DNA of 64,000 nucleotides from Chlamydiota bacterium (GTDB lineage Bacteria; Chlamydiota; Chlamydiia; Chlamydiales; Parachlamydiaceae): contig JBEPVL010000004.1 of assembly GCA_041691035.1 (NCBI GenBank), forward strand, positions 10,186 through 74,185. Direction: 5' to 3'. Numbering within the stretch: position 1 is the first letter of the stretch; each line of letters opens with the position of its first letter. The translations under genes were made by a program, and so were the position numbers. The notes under the pieces were generated by a model. It saw only the letters and a program-made list of their open reading frames with translations, did no database searches and was not told the DNA's origin. Below, one piece after another: positions 9,825 to 18,376 of the stretch.

Positions 9825-9847
9825 CAGGCTTAAAGCCTGATTTTTTC
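9825..9847 (+). terminator. rho-independent terminator after DUF3800 gene
   Basis: Hairpin CAGGCTT-aa-AAGCCTG followed by TTTTTT. Confidence 0.6.
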
Positions 9848-9985
9848 AAACACACCAAAAACACACTTCGACCCTATTCAGGTTCACAAAAACCAGTAAT
9901 CCACAGTTGAAAGAAAGATGTAAAAAAGTTACTGTATTGCTGTGAACAACGATTGAGTACTGATAGTGGTGCAAAAATCAACGGA

Positions 9986-10027
9986 CTCATAACCCGCTGG
10001 TCGCTGGTTCAAGTCCAGCTTGCCCCA
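9986..10027 (+). repeat. partial tRNA-Met(CAT) 3' half (anticodon loop to discriminator); att site copy 1
   Basis: CTCATAA loop, then CCCGC, variable loop TGGTC, T-arm GCTGG-TTCAAGT-CCAGC, acceptor TTGCCCC and discriminator A. The bases 5' of the loop do not pair and there is no D-arm or 5' acceptor, so this is a fragment. A roughly 51-bp near-identical copy lies at 57282-57333. Confidence 0.85.
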
Positions 10028-10063
10028 CTTTTTCCACACATACTTCTGAATGGGTTTTTACAC

Positions 10064-10111
10064 ATTACGCAAATGTTGCGAAAACCTCATTTTACGCAAT
10101 TTTTACGCAAT
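10064..10111 (+). promoter_or_regulatory. three direct TTACGCAAT boxes (candidate integrase arm-type / regulator sites)
   Basis: ATTACGCAAAT, TTTTACGCAAT and TTTTACGCAAT between att copy 1 and int. Inverted copies TGCGTAAT and GTGCGTAAAA lie at 10381-10399. The same motif recurs at 57144-57199. Confidence 0.5.
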
Positions 10112-10198
10112 CGACCACAAACAACCAGCGCAATTCAAAGCAATACCTCTTTTTACCGACCGAATTTCCTAAAATCTTTTCCTACTTCCCCATTTTTT

Positions 10199-10315
10199 CG
10201 TGGGAACAGTGGGAATTCTGGGAACGCGATTCATTTACCACTCATTTTCATAGACTTACAGTTTATATAACCGTTCCCATACCATCAAATAGACCATGGG
10301 CTCAATGGGAACAGC
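10199..10315 (+). repeat. GGGAAC/GTTCCC iteron-like repeats upstream of integrase
   Basis: GGGAAC agt GGGAAT tct GGGAAC at 10199-10228, plus GTTCCC at 10273 and GGGAAC at 10308. The same hexamer array is found at 15230-15383. Confidence 0.5.
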
Positions 10316-10529
10316 AAAGAACTCTCTTTATCGGCAAAAGCCGACCAAATCATGCAAAAAACAGTCAAATCTTTCTTGAACTGCGTAATAAGTGCGTAAA
10401 AAACGCATATTTTATAGCTCACACACGCTTACAGGCTAATATTTTGATTGATATTCGGCGGAATGACTGTCCGCTGTTCTGGTTTTTTGCCATTTGTGCT
10501 AGTGTACTATACTTTATTTTGGAGGTTAT

Positions 10530-11612
10530 ATGGGAACGATCCGCGAGATAACTAAAAGGGATGGGAGCGTCATGCATCACGCTGAAATTCGATTGCGTGG
10601 CCACCCACCGCAACGTCAATCTTTTCGCACCAAGACTCAAGCGAAAAAATGGATTCAGGATACTGAGGCTGCGATCAGAGATGGTCGCTATAAAGGACTC
10701 TCGGCAGCTCGCAAGCATACGGTCGGTGAATTGATTGATCGCTTTATCGAACAATGCGTGTCGCAGCATCCGATCTATTATCCTAAAAAGGTCCAGCTGC
10801 TTTTGAGATGGAAACAGGAATTGGGATCAATGCTTTTACGCGACCTCTCCCCCTCGTCGATCGCCGAAGTGCGGGACAAATTATTATCCGAAACCACGAC
10901 GAAAAAAACAATTCGCTGTCCAGGAACTGTCAATCGCTACTTGGCACTTTTTTCAAGGGCTTTATCGGTTGCATCTAAAGAATGGGAATGGATGGATGAC
11001 AATCCGATGCAAAAGGTGAGAAAGCTAAAGGAATCAAAGGGACGGGACCGATGCCTCTCGGCCAGCGAAAAGAATGCGCTTCTGAAGGCATGTCGGGAAT
11101 CAAAGAACCCAGTCCTTTATCACATTGTCAATCTCGCGCTACTCACAGGGATGCGTTATGGCGAAATCGTGAAATTGCGATGGGAAGACATTAACTTTGA
11201 TCTCCGCTATGCCACCATGCAGCAAACCAAAAATGGCGATAAGCGCGTGATTCCCATCACAGAGGAGATCATCCAGGTTTTAAAGGAATGCCCAACCTAC
11301 GGAGAGGCCCCCGAGGAATTCATTTTTAAGAGCCGCCGCCTCATGCCTACAAAGCATGGAATTACGATCCGAAAATCTTTCGCAACTGCTTTAAAAGAAG
11401 CGGGAATCAAGAATTTTGTCTTTCATATGCTCCGGCATACTGCTGCGTCAGATCTTGCCAATGAAGGAGCTACAGAAGGCGATCTTCAGGAAATTTTTGG
11501 ATGGAAGACCAAGAAGATGGCCAGTGTGTACTGCCATCGCAGCCTTGAGCGCAAACGAAGCCTCTTGGAGAAGCTTGGAAAAGGATCAAATCATCAAAAC
11601 CAAAAGGATTAA
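10530..11612 (+). CDS. int: tyrosine-type site-specific integrase (phage/island integrase)
   Basis: 360 aa. SAM-like N-terminal domain and catalytic motifs LLTGMRYGEI, HMLRHTAAS, VYCH. A GGAGG RBS is present. Lies directly downstream of the tRNA fragment. Confidence 0.9.
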   Translation: MGTIREITKRDGSVMHHAEIRLRGHPPQRQSFRTKTQAKKWIQDTEAAIRDGRYKGLSAARKHTVGELIDRFIEQCVSQHPIYYPKKVQLLLRWKQELGSMLLRDLSPSSIAEVRDKLLSETTTKKTIRCPGTVNRYLALFSRALSVASKEWEWMDDNPMQKVRKLKESKGRDRCLSASEKNALLKACRESKNPVLYHIVNLALLTGMRYGEIVKLRWEDINFDLRYATMQQTKNGDKRVIPITEEIIQVLKECPTYGEAPEEFIFKSRRLMPTKHGITIRKSFATALKEAGIKNFVFHMLRHTAASDLANEGATEGDLQEIFGWKTKKMASVYCHRSLERKRSLLEKLGKGSNHQNQKD

Positions 11613-11614
11613 AC

Positions 11615-12871
11615 ATGTTTAAAAACTTACCAGATACCCTGCTCATAGAACGCAGCATGATGCATCGCATGGAGACTTCTGGAGCCGTTCTTCAATACTT
11701 GCCTCAATTTTTACAGACTCTTGCCCGAACCAAAGAAAGCGCTCCATCATTTGAAGGTTTTGAAGCCGACTTGAAAAGGCAAGAAAAAATTCAGAGGCAA
11801 GAGATGGCCAAATCAATCGAATGGATCACGGAAAAAATCGACAAACTCAAAACATCTCCTTTTGCAACATACCCAGTGGTTGAACACAGCATTGCAAGAG
11901 CAGAACGATCCCTGACTTCTAAAGATCAGTTATCACCCGCCATCCTTTTGCATAGCATCATAGTGAATTTACAATTTGCTGTTTCCGCAGTTGCAGCTTT
12001 TGGTAATGATCCACTTTTTGAAGGGTGGGTTGAAATTGGGATCGCAAAAATAGACCCAAAAGGAATAGCTCCTAAATTCCCCAAAAATGCGAAAGGTTTG
12101 ATTCCGGTAGAAAATCGATTGGAACTTGCTGAACAGATAGGTCATGGCGTTGATTGCTGGCAAGTCTCACCTCTATCAATAGGCCCGAATGGCAAGCAAT
12201 CAACACCTCCTGCTGTCTATCTTTTGTTTGGCAATTTTGAAAAGTTTATTTTTCCATCCTCTGTTGATTCAGTATTTGCGCTTTCAAAAGATATTCGTGA
12301 ATGGAGAGAGAAAAGGAATACGGATCCGGCAACTCTGTTGAATTTTCTGAAAATTTTATCTCAATATGAGGCTTCTAAAAAACTGTCAGAGCCACCCTTT
12401 TTACGAGCCAACACAGTTTTAGAAGCGGAAAAACTTTGCATTGAAGGAGAGATTCGCCCTTATCTTCGCCAATTTTCTTCGACTAACTCAGAAGATCATC
12501 CACTTTCTCGCAGCCAATTACTCAATCTCATCGACACCTTCTTAAATATGCTGGACATCAATATTACTCAGGCAATTGCCAAGCGAAAAGAAGCAAAGCT
12601 ATCGATTCAGGCCGCTGGTCCGAATTTTGATGTCCGTGTGCGCGATAAAGAAATTGCTGTGAAGTGGATGAAAAAGGAATGGGCACAAGACAACCAACTT
12701 TCTCAAGATACCATTGTTGATAGGCTTGTTCTAGCTATACTGCAAAATAGAATTGAACTTGAAAAAGACTACAAGAGATCTACCTTTGAGAAATGGGTTG
12801 ATGAGGCGGATCCTCTTCCAAAAGCAGAAAGGGAATACCGCCCCAAAACTAAAAATCTGAAAAATGGGTAA
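11615..12871 (+). CDS. hypothetical protein (418 aa) in int-alpA accessory hotspot
   Basis: The start ATG overlaps the int stop. No recognisable motif. Occupies the variable slot between the integrase and the AlpA-like regulator. Confidence 0.5.
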   Translation: MFKNLPDTLLIERSMMHRMETSGAVLQYLPQFLQTLARTKESAPSFEGFEADLKRQEKIQRQEMAKSIEWITEKIDKLKTSPFATYPVVEHSIARAERSLTSKDQLSPAILLHSIIVNLQFAVSAVAAFGNDPLFEGWVEIGIAKIDPKGIAPKFPKNAKGLIPVENRLELAEQIGHGVDCWQVSPLSIGPNGKQSTPPAVYLLFGNFEKFIFPSSVDSVFALSKDIREWREKRNTDPATLLNFLKILSQYEASKKLSEPPFLRANTVLEAEKLCIEGEIRPYLRQFSSTNSEDHPLSRSQLLNLIDTFLNMLDINITQAIAKRKEAKLSIQAAGPNFDVRVRDKEIAVKWMKKEWAQDNQLSQDTIVDRLVLAILQNRIELEKDYKRSTFEKWVDEADPLPKAEREYRPKTKNLKNG

Positions 12872-13024
12872 GTGAGCTTTTTTGAAAGGGGTAGTCAGCT
12901 CCATCATTTTTATAGAGAGAAAGGGGTAGTCACTTACCCTTTCGAATTTTCTTCCCTTAAGAAAAAGAGCGTTAACCCTCACAATTGAGCTTTAACCAGA
13001 AAACAACCAAGTGAGGAGGTTGCA

Positions 13025-13234
13025 ATGACAGTAAAAGAAGCTCAATTAATCACAGTTAGACAATTTTGTGAGAGGTACTCTTATCCATCTGAAAGTGCTT
13101 TGAGAGCAATTATTTTGGATGCCTCGATCAATGGCTTTGATAAGGCCATTTTTCGGGTGGGTCGTCGTGTTTTGGTCAACGTTCCTACGTTTTTTCAAAT
13201 CATTGAAGAGAAGAATGGAGGAAAAAAAATATGA
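13025..13234 (+). CDS. AlpA/excisionase-family HTH DNA-binding protein
   Basis: 69 aa. FRVGRRVLVNVPTFFQII matches the HTH_17/Xis-AlpA family. GGAGG RBS. A paralog at 57810-58058 shares the VGRRVL motif. Confidence 0.65.
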   Translation: MTVKEAQLITVRQFCERYSYPSESALRAIILDASINGFDKAIFRVGRRVLVNVPTFFQIIEEKNGGKKI

Positions 13235-13380
13235 AAGGAAGACTCAAAAAAATACAGAAGCAAAATGATACCCCGTCCTCAATCAATACGAGGACGAGGT
13301 ATGAAAAATAAATGTTGGCAATTTAACCGTAAGTCTACAGAGCGGCAACTCGATAGACTATATCGTAAGGACAAGACAAG

Positions 13381-15213
13381 ATGAATATTAGCATGGCAGA
13401 GGAGATTTCTCAACAAAATTCGGATCTTGAAATCATCCGACATCGGGTCCGAGAAATAGAAAAAAAATGCGATGAACAACGAGAGAGGGAACTCACTCGG
13501 CTTCCTCCTGGATTTTATTTAGATGACACCAGCCTCTGGTATCAGGAACCTAAAGAAGATGAGGATGAAAGCCCTGTCCGCTTACGAATCTGTTCCCGCC
13601 TCGAAATTATAGCAGTCACACGCAATCAGCACGGTGAAGATTTTGGACGATTGCTCCAGTGGCATGATTGCGATGGGCGCATGCACACGTGGGCGATGCC
13701 CATGTCGATGCTTGCTAGCGAAGGATATCCCTACCTGGGAGAACTGCTATCAAAAGGGCTTGAGATAGAACCTGGAAGAATGGCTCGTCAGAAACTCACG
13801 GTATACATTCAATCCTCCCGTCCTACGGCAAGAGGATTATGTACGCCTCATGTTGGCTGGCACCATGACTGCTTTGTCCTGCCTTCGAGGACAATAGGAC
13901 AGACCGCAAATGAACGAGTTATTCTTCAATCCAACTATCCAGCCGGACATTTTTCAACGAAAGGAACTTTGGAAAACTGGCAACAGATCCCTAAGTTATG
14001 TACTGGAAACAGCAGGCTTGTCTTTGCTTTGTCTATGTCTTTTGCCTCCATTTTGTTGACACCGTTAGGAATCGAAAGCGGAGGCGTACACTTTCAAGGC
14101 ACCAGTTCCTTGGGAAAAACGACAATTTTAAGAGTGGCTGCTACCCCTTGGGGTGGAAAAGACTACGTTCTCACATGGCGAGCCACAACTAATGGATTAG
14201 AGGGAATAGCCATGAATCACAACGATACTTTGCTTTGCCTCGATGAATTGGGTCAGAGCGATCCGGATAAGGTTGGAGAAGCCACCTATATGCTGGCTAA
14301 TGGCTCCAAAAAGGTGCGATCTGATGCCTCAGGTGATTCCAAACCCACAGCCAAATGGCGCATACTCTACATCTCCAGCGGAGAGACCAATCTCGCTGGG
14401 CATCTCATGCAAGTTGGCAAAAAAACGCGAGCGGGGCAAGAGGTGCGCATACTGGATATTCCAGCCGATACGGGCAAATATGGAGCATTTGAAAACTTGC
14501 ATCATTATCCGACAGGTGATGCCTTTGCCAATGCCTTGAATGAGTTAACCACAAAATTTTATGGCACTGCAGCCATTCATTTCATCGAACAGTTGATAGC
14601 CAATAAAAGCGAGTACCTGAAATTGACCAAAGAGAAAATGCAGCAGTTTGAACGAGATTGTTTTCCTCCGAAAGCTTCCGGTCAGGTAGCTCGAGTATTG
14701 AACCGTTTCGCCATCATTGCTGCTGCAGGTGAAGTAGCAACGGAGATGGGAATTACCGGCTGGCAAAAAGGAGAAGCCTTTCAAGGAGTGAAATCCTGCT
14801 TTGAGGCTTGGTTGTTCACAAGAGGAAGTATCGGGTTGCTTGAAAGGGAACAAATTAAAACACATATTCGTCGGTTTTTTGAGTTGAATGGAGAGAGTCG
14901 ATTTGCCGACATTGCCGCTTTTAAAACCCATTCGGAGGATTCATCCTCCCATCAGGTGCCTTATCAGAAGATAACCAATAGAGCCGGTTTTCGCGAAAGC
15001 GAAATGGATGAGACTACTTATTATGTTCTTCCTGAAGTATTTAGCATGGAATTCTGCTCAGGTTTTGACAAGCGACTCGTCGAATCCGTTTGCATTGAAG
15101 AGGGTTGGCTGATTCGTGGAAAAGATCGGATGACAATCAAAAAAAGACTCCCTCAAATGGGAGCGAAATGGGTCTACATGTTTACCAATTGTGTGTTGGG
15201 TGATGAAGATTAA
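13381..15213 (+). CDS. DUF927/SF3-helicase-like replication ATPase (primase-associated, P4-alpha/PICI Rep-like)
   Basis: 610 aa. Walker A GTSSLGKTT and Walker B LLCLDELG. The N-terminal region resembles DUF927. Followed by an iteron array and a separate primase gene. Confidence 0.6.
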   Translation: MNISMAEEISQQNSDLEIIRHRVREIEKKCDEQRERELTRLPPGFYLDDTSLWYQEPKEDEDESPVRLRICSRLEIIAVTRNQHGEDFGRLLQWHDCDGRMHTWAMPMSMLASEGYPYLGELLSKGLEIEPGRMARQKLTVYIQSSRPTARGLCTPHVGWHHDCFVLPSRTIGQTANERVILQSNYPAGHFSTKGTLENWQQIPKLCTGNSRLVFALSMSFASILLTPLGIESGGVHFQGTSSLGKTTILRVAATPWGGKDYVLTWRATTNGLEGIAMNHNDTLLCLDELGQSDPDKVGEATYMLANGSKKVRSDASGDSKPTAKWRILYISSGETNLAGHLMQVGKKTRAGQEVRILDIPADTGKYGAFENLHHYPTGDAFANALNELTTKFYGTAAIHFIEQLIANKSEYLKLTKEKMQQFERDCFPPKASGQVARVLNRFAIIAAAGEVATEMGITGWQKGEAFQGVKSCFEAWLFTRGSIGLLEREQIKTHIRRFFELNGESRFADIAAFKTHSEDSSSHQVPYQKITNRAGFRESEMDETTYYVLPEVFSMEFCSGFDKRLVESVCIEEGWLIRGKDRMTIKKRLPQMGAKWVYMFTNCVLGDED

Positions 15214-15229
15214 GATGGTAATTATTGTT

Positions 15230-15383
15230 GGGAACAGCGGGAACGTGGGAACATTATTGAGTTTTATGGGCATTTGTTCCCTGGTTCCCCATGAGCAAAC
15301 TCTAATCTGGGACACAAATTGTAATGCTAACTCATTGATATTAAGAACACTCCTAAACCTGTTCCCAGGTTCCCGAAGTTCCC
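15230..15383 (+). repeat. iteron array: 3x GGGAAC, 2x GTTCCC, 3x GTTCCC (putative island replication origin)
   Basis: GGGAAC at 15230, 15239 and 15247. GTTCCC at 15276 and 15284. GTTCCC at 15361, 15369 and 15378. An AT-rich spacer lies between them. Positioned between the helicase-like and primase genes. Confidence 0.6.
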
Positions 15384-15419
15384 GTGCAAAAATGCCTATA
15401 GAAAAATAATGAAGGAATT

Positions 15420-16475
15420 ATGGATTTAATGGATTTAGCAAAAGAGGCAGGACTTTCACCCATTAAGGTAGCACAAACTAATGGAGGAGAGTACATTTGC
15501 GCCTGTCCCAAGTGCGGCGATGGTGGCAAAGGAAAAAAGTCCGATCGTTTTCATGTATGGCCAAATCAAAAAGCTAAAAATTGTATGGGCCACTACTGGT
15601 GTCGTCAATGTGGAATCAAAGGAGACAGCATTCAATTTTGCCGCGACCTTCTTGGACTAAACTATGCGGAGGCTTGCTCCAGATTGAAGGTACAGATGAC
15701 CCTTTCTCCAAGAGAATGGGTGACCGACCTAGCCAGACCACAAAAGACATTCAAAAAAGCTATCGTCCCAAACGGCATTTGGTTGTCCAAGGCATCGGTG
15801 TTTGTGGAGTGGTGTCATGAATTGATCTGGAAGTATCCAACAGTTATCGCATCCCTCAAGGGACGAGGTTTTGATGAAGAATCTATTCGACATTGGAAAC
15901 TCGGCTATTGCCCTGAAACTTTTTGGCGCGATCGCTCTTCATGGGGCTTGTCTGAAAAACCTAATGCTAGCGGCCTTATCTCGAAATTATGGTTGCCGCA
16001 AGGAATCGTCATTCCTACCATTTCAGAGAGCAATGTGATAAAAATTAAAATTCGCAGACCTGATCCCCTCACACAGCAAGATAAGAAATTCCAAAAATAT
16101 GTCGTGGTCTCCGGCAGCATGGAAGCTCCGGCAGTTTATGGCGACCTATCAAAACCTGTTCTCATTATGGAGTCGGAGTTAGATGCTATGCTGACATTTA
16201 AAGCGATAGACGGAATTTGCTGTGTGGTAGCTCTTGGAGGAGCTCAAAAGAAGCCTGATTTAGAATTGCATCATCAACTCCAACGTTCATCGCGTATTCT
16301 TCTTGCCCTCGACTTTGATGAAGGGGGAATGAAAGGCAACGCATTCTGGCGATCTATCTATCCCCAGTTACTTTTTTGGCCGGTACCAGAAGGTAAAGGA
16401 CCTGGAGATGCAATTAAGCTTGGCCTTGATCTTCGACGTTGGGTTGAAGCAGGCCTCAATACAGTAAAAAACTGA
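15420..16475 (+). CDS. DNA primase (CHC2 zinc finger + Toprim domain)
   Basis: 351 aa. CACPKCGDGGKGKKSDRFHV...CRQCG zinc finger. C-terminal Toprim-like acidic motifs LIMESELDAM and LALDFDEGG. Confidence 0.7.
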   Translation: MDLMDLAKEAGLSPIKVAQTNGGEYICACPKCGDGGKGKKSDRFHVWPNQKAKNCMGHYWCRQCGIKGDSIQFCRDLLGLNYAEACSRLKVQMTLSPREWVTDLARPQKTFKKAIVPNGIWLSKASVFVEWCHELIWKYPTVIASLKGRGFDEESIRHWKLGYCPETFWRDRSSWGLSEKPNASGLISKLWLPQGIVIPTISESNVIKIKIRRPDPLTQQDKKFQKYVVVSGSMEAPAVYGDLSKPVLIMESELDAMLTFKAIDGICCVVALGGAQKKPDLELHHQLQRSSRILLALDFDEGGMKGNAFWRSIYPQLLFWPVPEGKGPGDAIKLGLDLRRWVEAGLNTVKN

Positions 16476-16498
16476 AGTCAACAAACAAAGGAAATATA

Positions 16499-17113
16499 AT
16501 GAACAATACACCAACCATTCCAGAGAAAGCTGATATGTCTCGCCCGGGATTTAAGGGCTATCAAATTGAACAGAACTCTTCCTCAAAGAAATTTGGAAAG
16601 TGTCCGATTCAGTTTGTTCTTGAAGGAGGCCAGGAAAAGCCAAGAGCTTCTATTATTTTGAATCCAAAAGAGCAATGGTGCCAGTCACCTGCGGAAGCGC
16701 TACAATGTGCTCTAACACGAATAACTGGCACTGATGACCAAGATCTAGCAAAAGACATCATCGATAGAGCTATCTTTGCAATGCCAATGGCCAATGGAAA
16801 GGAGCATAATACAAATGTTGTCTACCAGTCTCTATCTGATTGTGAGCCTAAAGATTCCTTGGAAGCCAAACTTTGCGCGCAATGTACGGCTCTATATGCT
16901 CAAGGAATGCAATATCTATCCCGAGTAGAAAAATCTGATATGATGTGCCAGATCGAATTTAATATGAAATGCGCCATAAAGCTGCTTCGCCTTCACAACG
17001 AGACTACAGAAGCATTAGCACGCTATCGTCGCAAAGGCGAGCAAAAGGTCGTTGTACAACATGTAAATGTGAATGATGGAGGTAAAGCTATTGTTGGGAA
17101 TATGATATCCTAA
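16499..17113 (+). CDS. hypothetical protein (204 aa)
   Basis: ORF with AGGAAA RBS-like upstream. No recognised domain. Confidence 0.4.
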   Translation: MNNTPTIPEKADMSRPGFKGYQIEQNSSSKKFGKCPIQFVLEGGQEKPRASIILNPKEQWCQSPAEALQCALTRITGTDDQDLAKDIIDRAIFAMPMANGKEHNTNVVYQSLSDCEPKDSLEAKLCAQCTALYAQGMQYLSRVEKSDMMCQIEFNMKCAIKLLRLHNETTEALARYRRKGEQKVVVQHVNVNDGGKAIVGNMIS

Positions 17114-17128
17114 TGGAGGGGAGGGGGA

Positions 17129-17395
17129 ATGAAAAAAACGAGCGAGGTACCCCATGATTCGAGTATCTGCGGGGCAAAAGCAAGGACAAATGAGCATCAA
17201 TCTTGCAGGCGCATTGCAATGAAAAATGGTCGCTGTCATTTGCATGGAGGCAAAAGTACTGGCTCGAAAACTCCAGAGGGAAGGTTAATTCAGAAAATGG
17301 CTTCTTGGAAACACGGGATGCGGTCAAAGGAAGCAAGGGCCGAAGCAAAAACTATACGGCAAATGATACATGCCTACCGAGAAGAATTAAAATAA
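17129..17395 (+). CDS. small Cys-rich zinc-ribbon protein with CHLHGG motif (phage-like)
   Basis: 88 aa. CGAKARTNEHQSCRRIAMKNGRCHLHGGKSTG. GGAGGGG RBS. Confidence 0.45.
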   Translation: MKKTSEVPHDSSICGAKARTNEHQSCRRIAMKNGRCHLHGGKSTGSKTPEGRLIQKMASWKHGMRSKEARAEAKTIRQMIHAYREELK

Positions 17396-17594
17396 CCTAG
17401 GGAGGATATCTGGGATCCAATTTAAAATTTAATCCGCAATCTCCCAACGGCAGTCATTCACCGGATTAAATTGCTAATAATTATTTTAAGTGACATGGTT
17501 GGGTTGATGAGTGTTCAAGTCAGAATAGATTGTCTATTCGATTCATCACCAAAATTCGTTAATTTTAAGAACAAAACCTAGCAAGGAGAAATTT

Positions 17595-18020
17595 ATGGTA
17601 GCAACAAAAACACAAGCGCTTGAAAAGCAAAAAGCCTTACAAGTGTTAAATCATTTTTTAGATCAATTTAAAAATTGCTGTAAGCAAAAACAGTCACCTA
17701 ATGCAGCTAATTTTGAAAATATTCTTTCTCATGATTTTCAGAATTCAAGCAATGGAAAGCTGATCGGAAAAAACATCCAAGATTTTTTAAAACGCATTCA
17801 AGAAGTGCAAAAAAAATATTCACATGTTGAGTTCTCTCACCTTCAAGATTGTTTGATTTCGGGTAATAAAGCCACTATTCAATATGACATGAACCTAACT
17901 TTACAAAATGGAGAAAAACGTCTGCTAAATATCATGGCGATTGCAACAATTGATGGTGATCTCATAACGCACTGGTCTCAAGTATCCCACGATAAGGAAA
18001 AAGATCATTTAAATTCTTAA
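17595..18020 (+). CDS. SnoaL-like / NTF2-like small protein
   Basis: 141 aa. AGGAGA RBS. The pattern fits ketosteroid isomerase/SnoaL-like proteins. Confidence 0.45.
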   Translation: MVATKTQALEKQKALQVLNHFLDQFKNCCKQKQSPNAANFENILSHDFQNSSNGKLIGKNIQDFLKRIQEVQKKYSHVEFSHLQDCLISGNKATIQYDMNLTLQNGEKRLLNIMAIATIDGDLITHWSQVSHDKEKDHLNS

Positions 18021-18217
18021 TAGTCAGAATATCGTGTATCAAAGTGTGAGAGAATGGTCCCCTTCTAATTGCTGAATGATGAAGGGTTATCCATGAAGCC
18101 GGCTAATCCACGTATTTTCTATCAATGGCGGCTCGTCGAGCATCAAGTTCGCATTGTTCGATGTCGGCGAACCGCTAATTTTGGGAGCGATCGTCCTCCA
18201 TCACAAGTGATTCTGAC

Positions 18218-18376
18218 TCAAAATCTTGTACTTTTTTGCTCGCCCCAATCGCCGTTTCTAGGATAATAGCGTAGAATCTCATCAAATGGGCGTTCTCTAT
18301 CTTCAGAGAGGTTTTTTAATCGTTGCCGAATAGATTCTCCAAGATTCTTTTTTGGCTTGTCATTTGTATTAACCAC
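18218..18376 (-). pseudogene. AbiEii nucleotidyltransferase N-terminal remnant (frameshifted/truncated)
   Basis: The minus-strand translation ESIRQRLKNLSEDRERPFDEILRYY parallels the AbiEii N-terminus (DRLQTIAKEKEIPFNACWKQLLLERF), then terminates. The ATG overlapping the abiEi stop is in a different frame, with a poly-A run between. Only about 350 bp remain where about 850 would be expected. Confidence 0.6.

Larger units (their letters stand above)
1..10034 (+). mobile_element. integrase-associated genomic island 1 (left end outside window), ending at att copy 1
   Basis: Integrase at the window start, paralogous to int2. Accessory cargo (AbiE, detox enzymes). Terminates at the partial tRNA-Met copy. 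Confidence 0.5.

Noticed and set aside
9931-10027. Possible intact tRNA-Met gene ending at 10027
   Set aside because: The bases 5' of the CTCATAA loop (ACGGA) cannot pair with CCCGC. No D-arm or GGGGCAA 5' acceptor strand is present within 80 nt. Only the 3' half is there.
9986-10027. tmRNA (ssrA) 3' end as the island target, as in CP4-57
   Set aside because: The segment has a canonical 7-nt anticodon loop with CAT and a TGGTC variable loop directly before the T-arm. That is tRNA architecture and not the tmRNA helix-2/T-arm junction.
9953-10270. 105-aa ORF spanning the tRNA fragment and the iteron/box region
   Set aside because: It lies over the att repeat, the TTACGC boxes and the GGGAAC iterons. 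It has a low-complexity translation and no RBS, so it is judged a spurious ORF.
15191-15409. 72-aa ORF between helicase and primase genes
   Set aside because: It is composed almost entirely of the GGGAAC/GTTCCC iteron array, so it is an origin-like DNA element, not a gene.
17420-17560. Two imperfect inverted repeats (AATTTAATCCG...CGGATTAAATT; TTGGGTTGATGA...TCATCACCAA) upstream of the SnoaL-like gene
   Set aside because: They are short, AT-rich, and of unclear significance. They could be operator sites, but the evidence is too weak to call.
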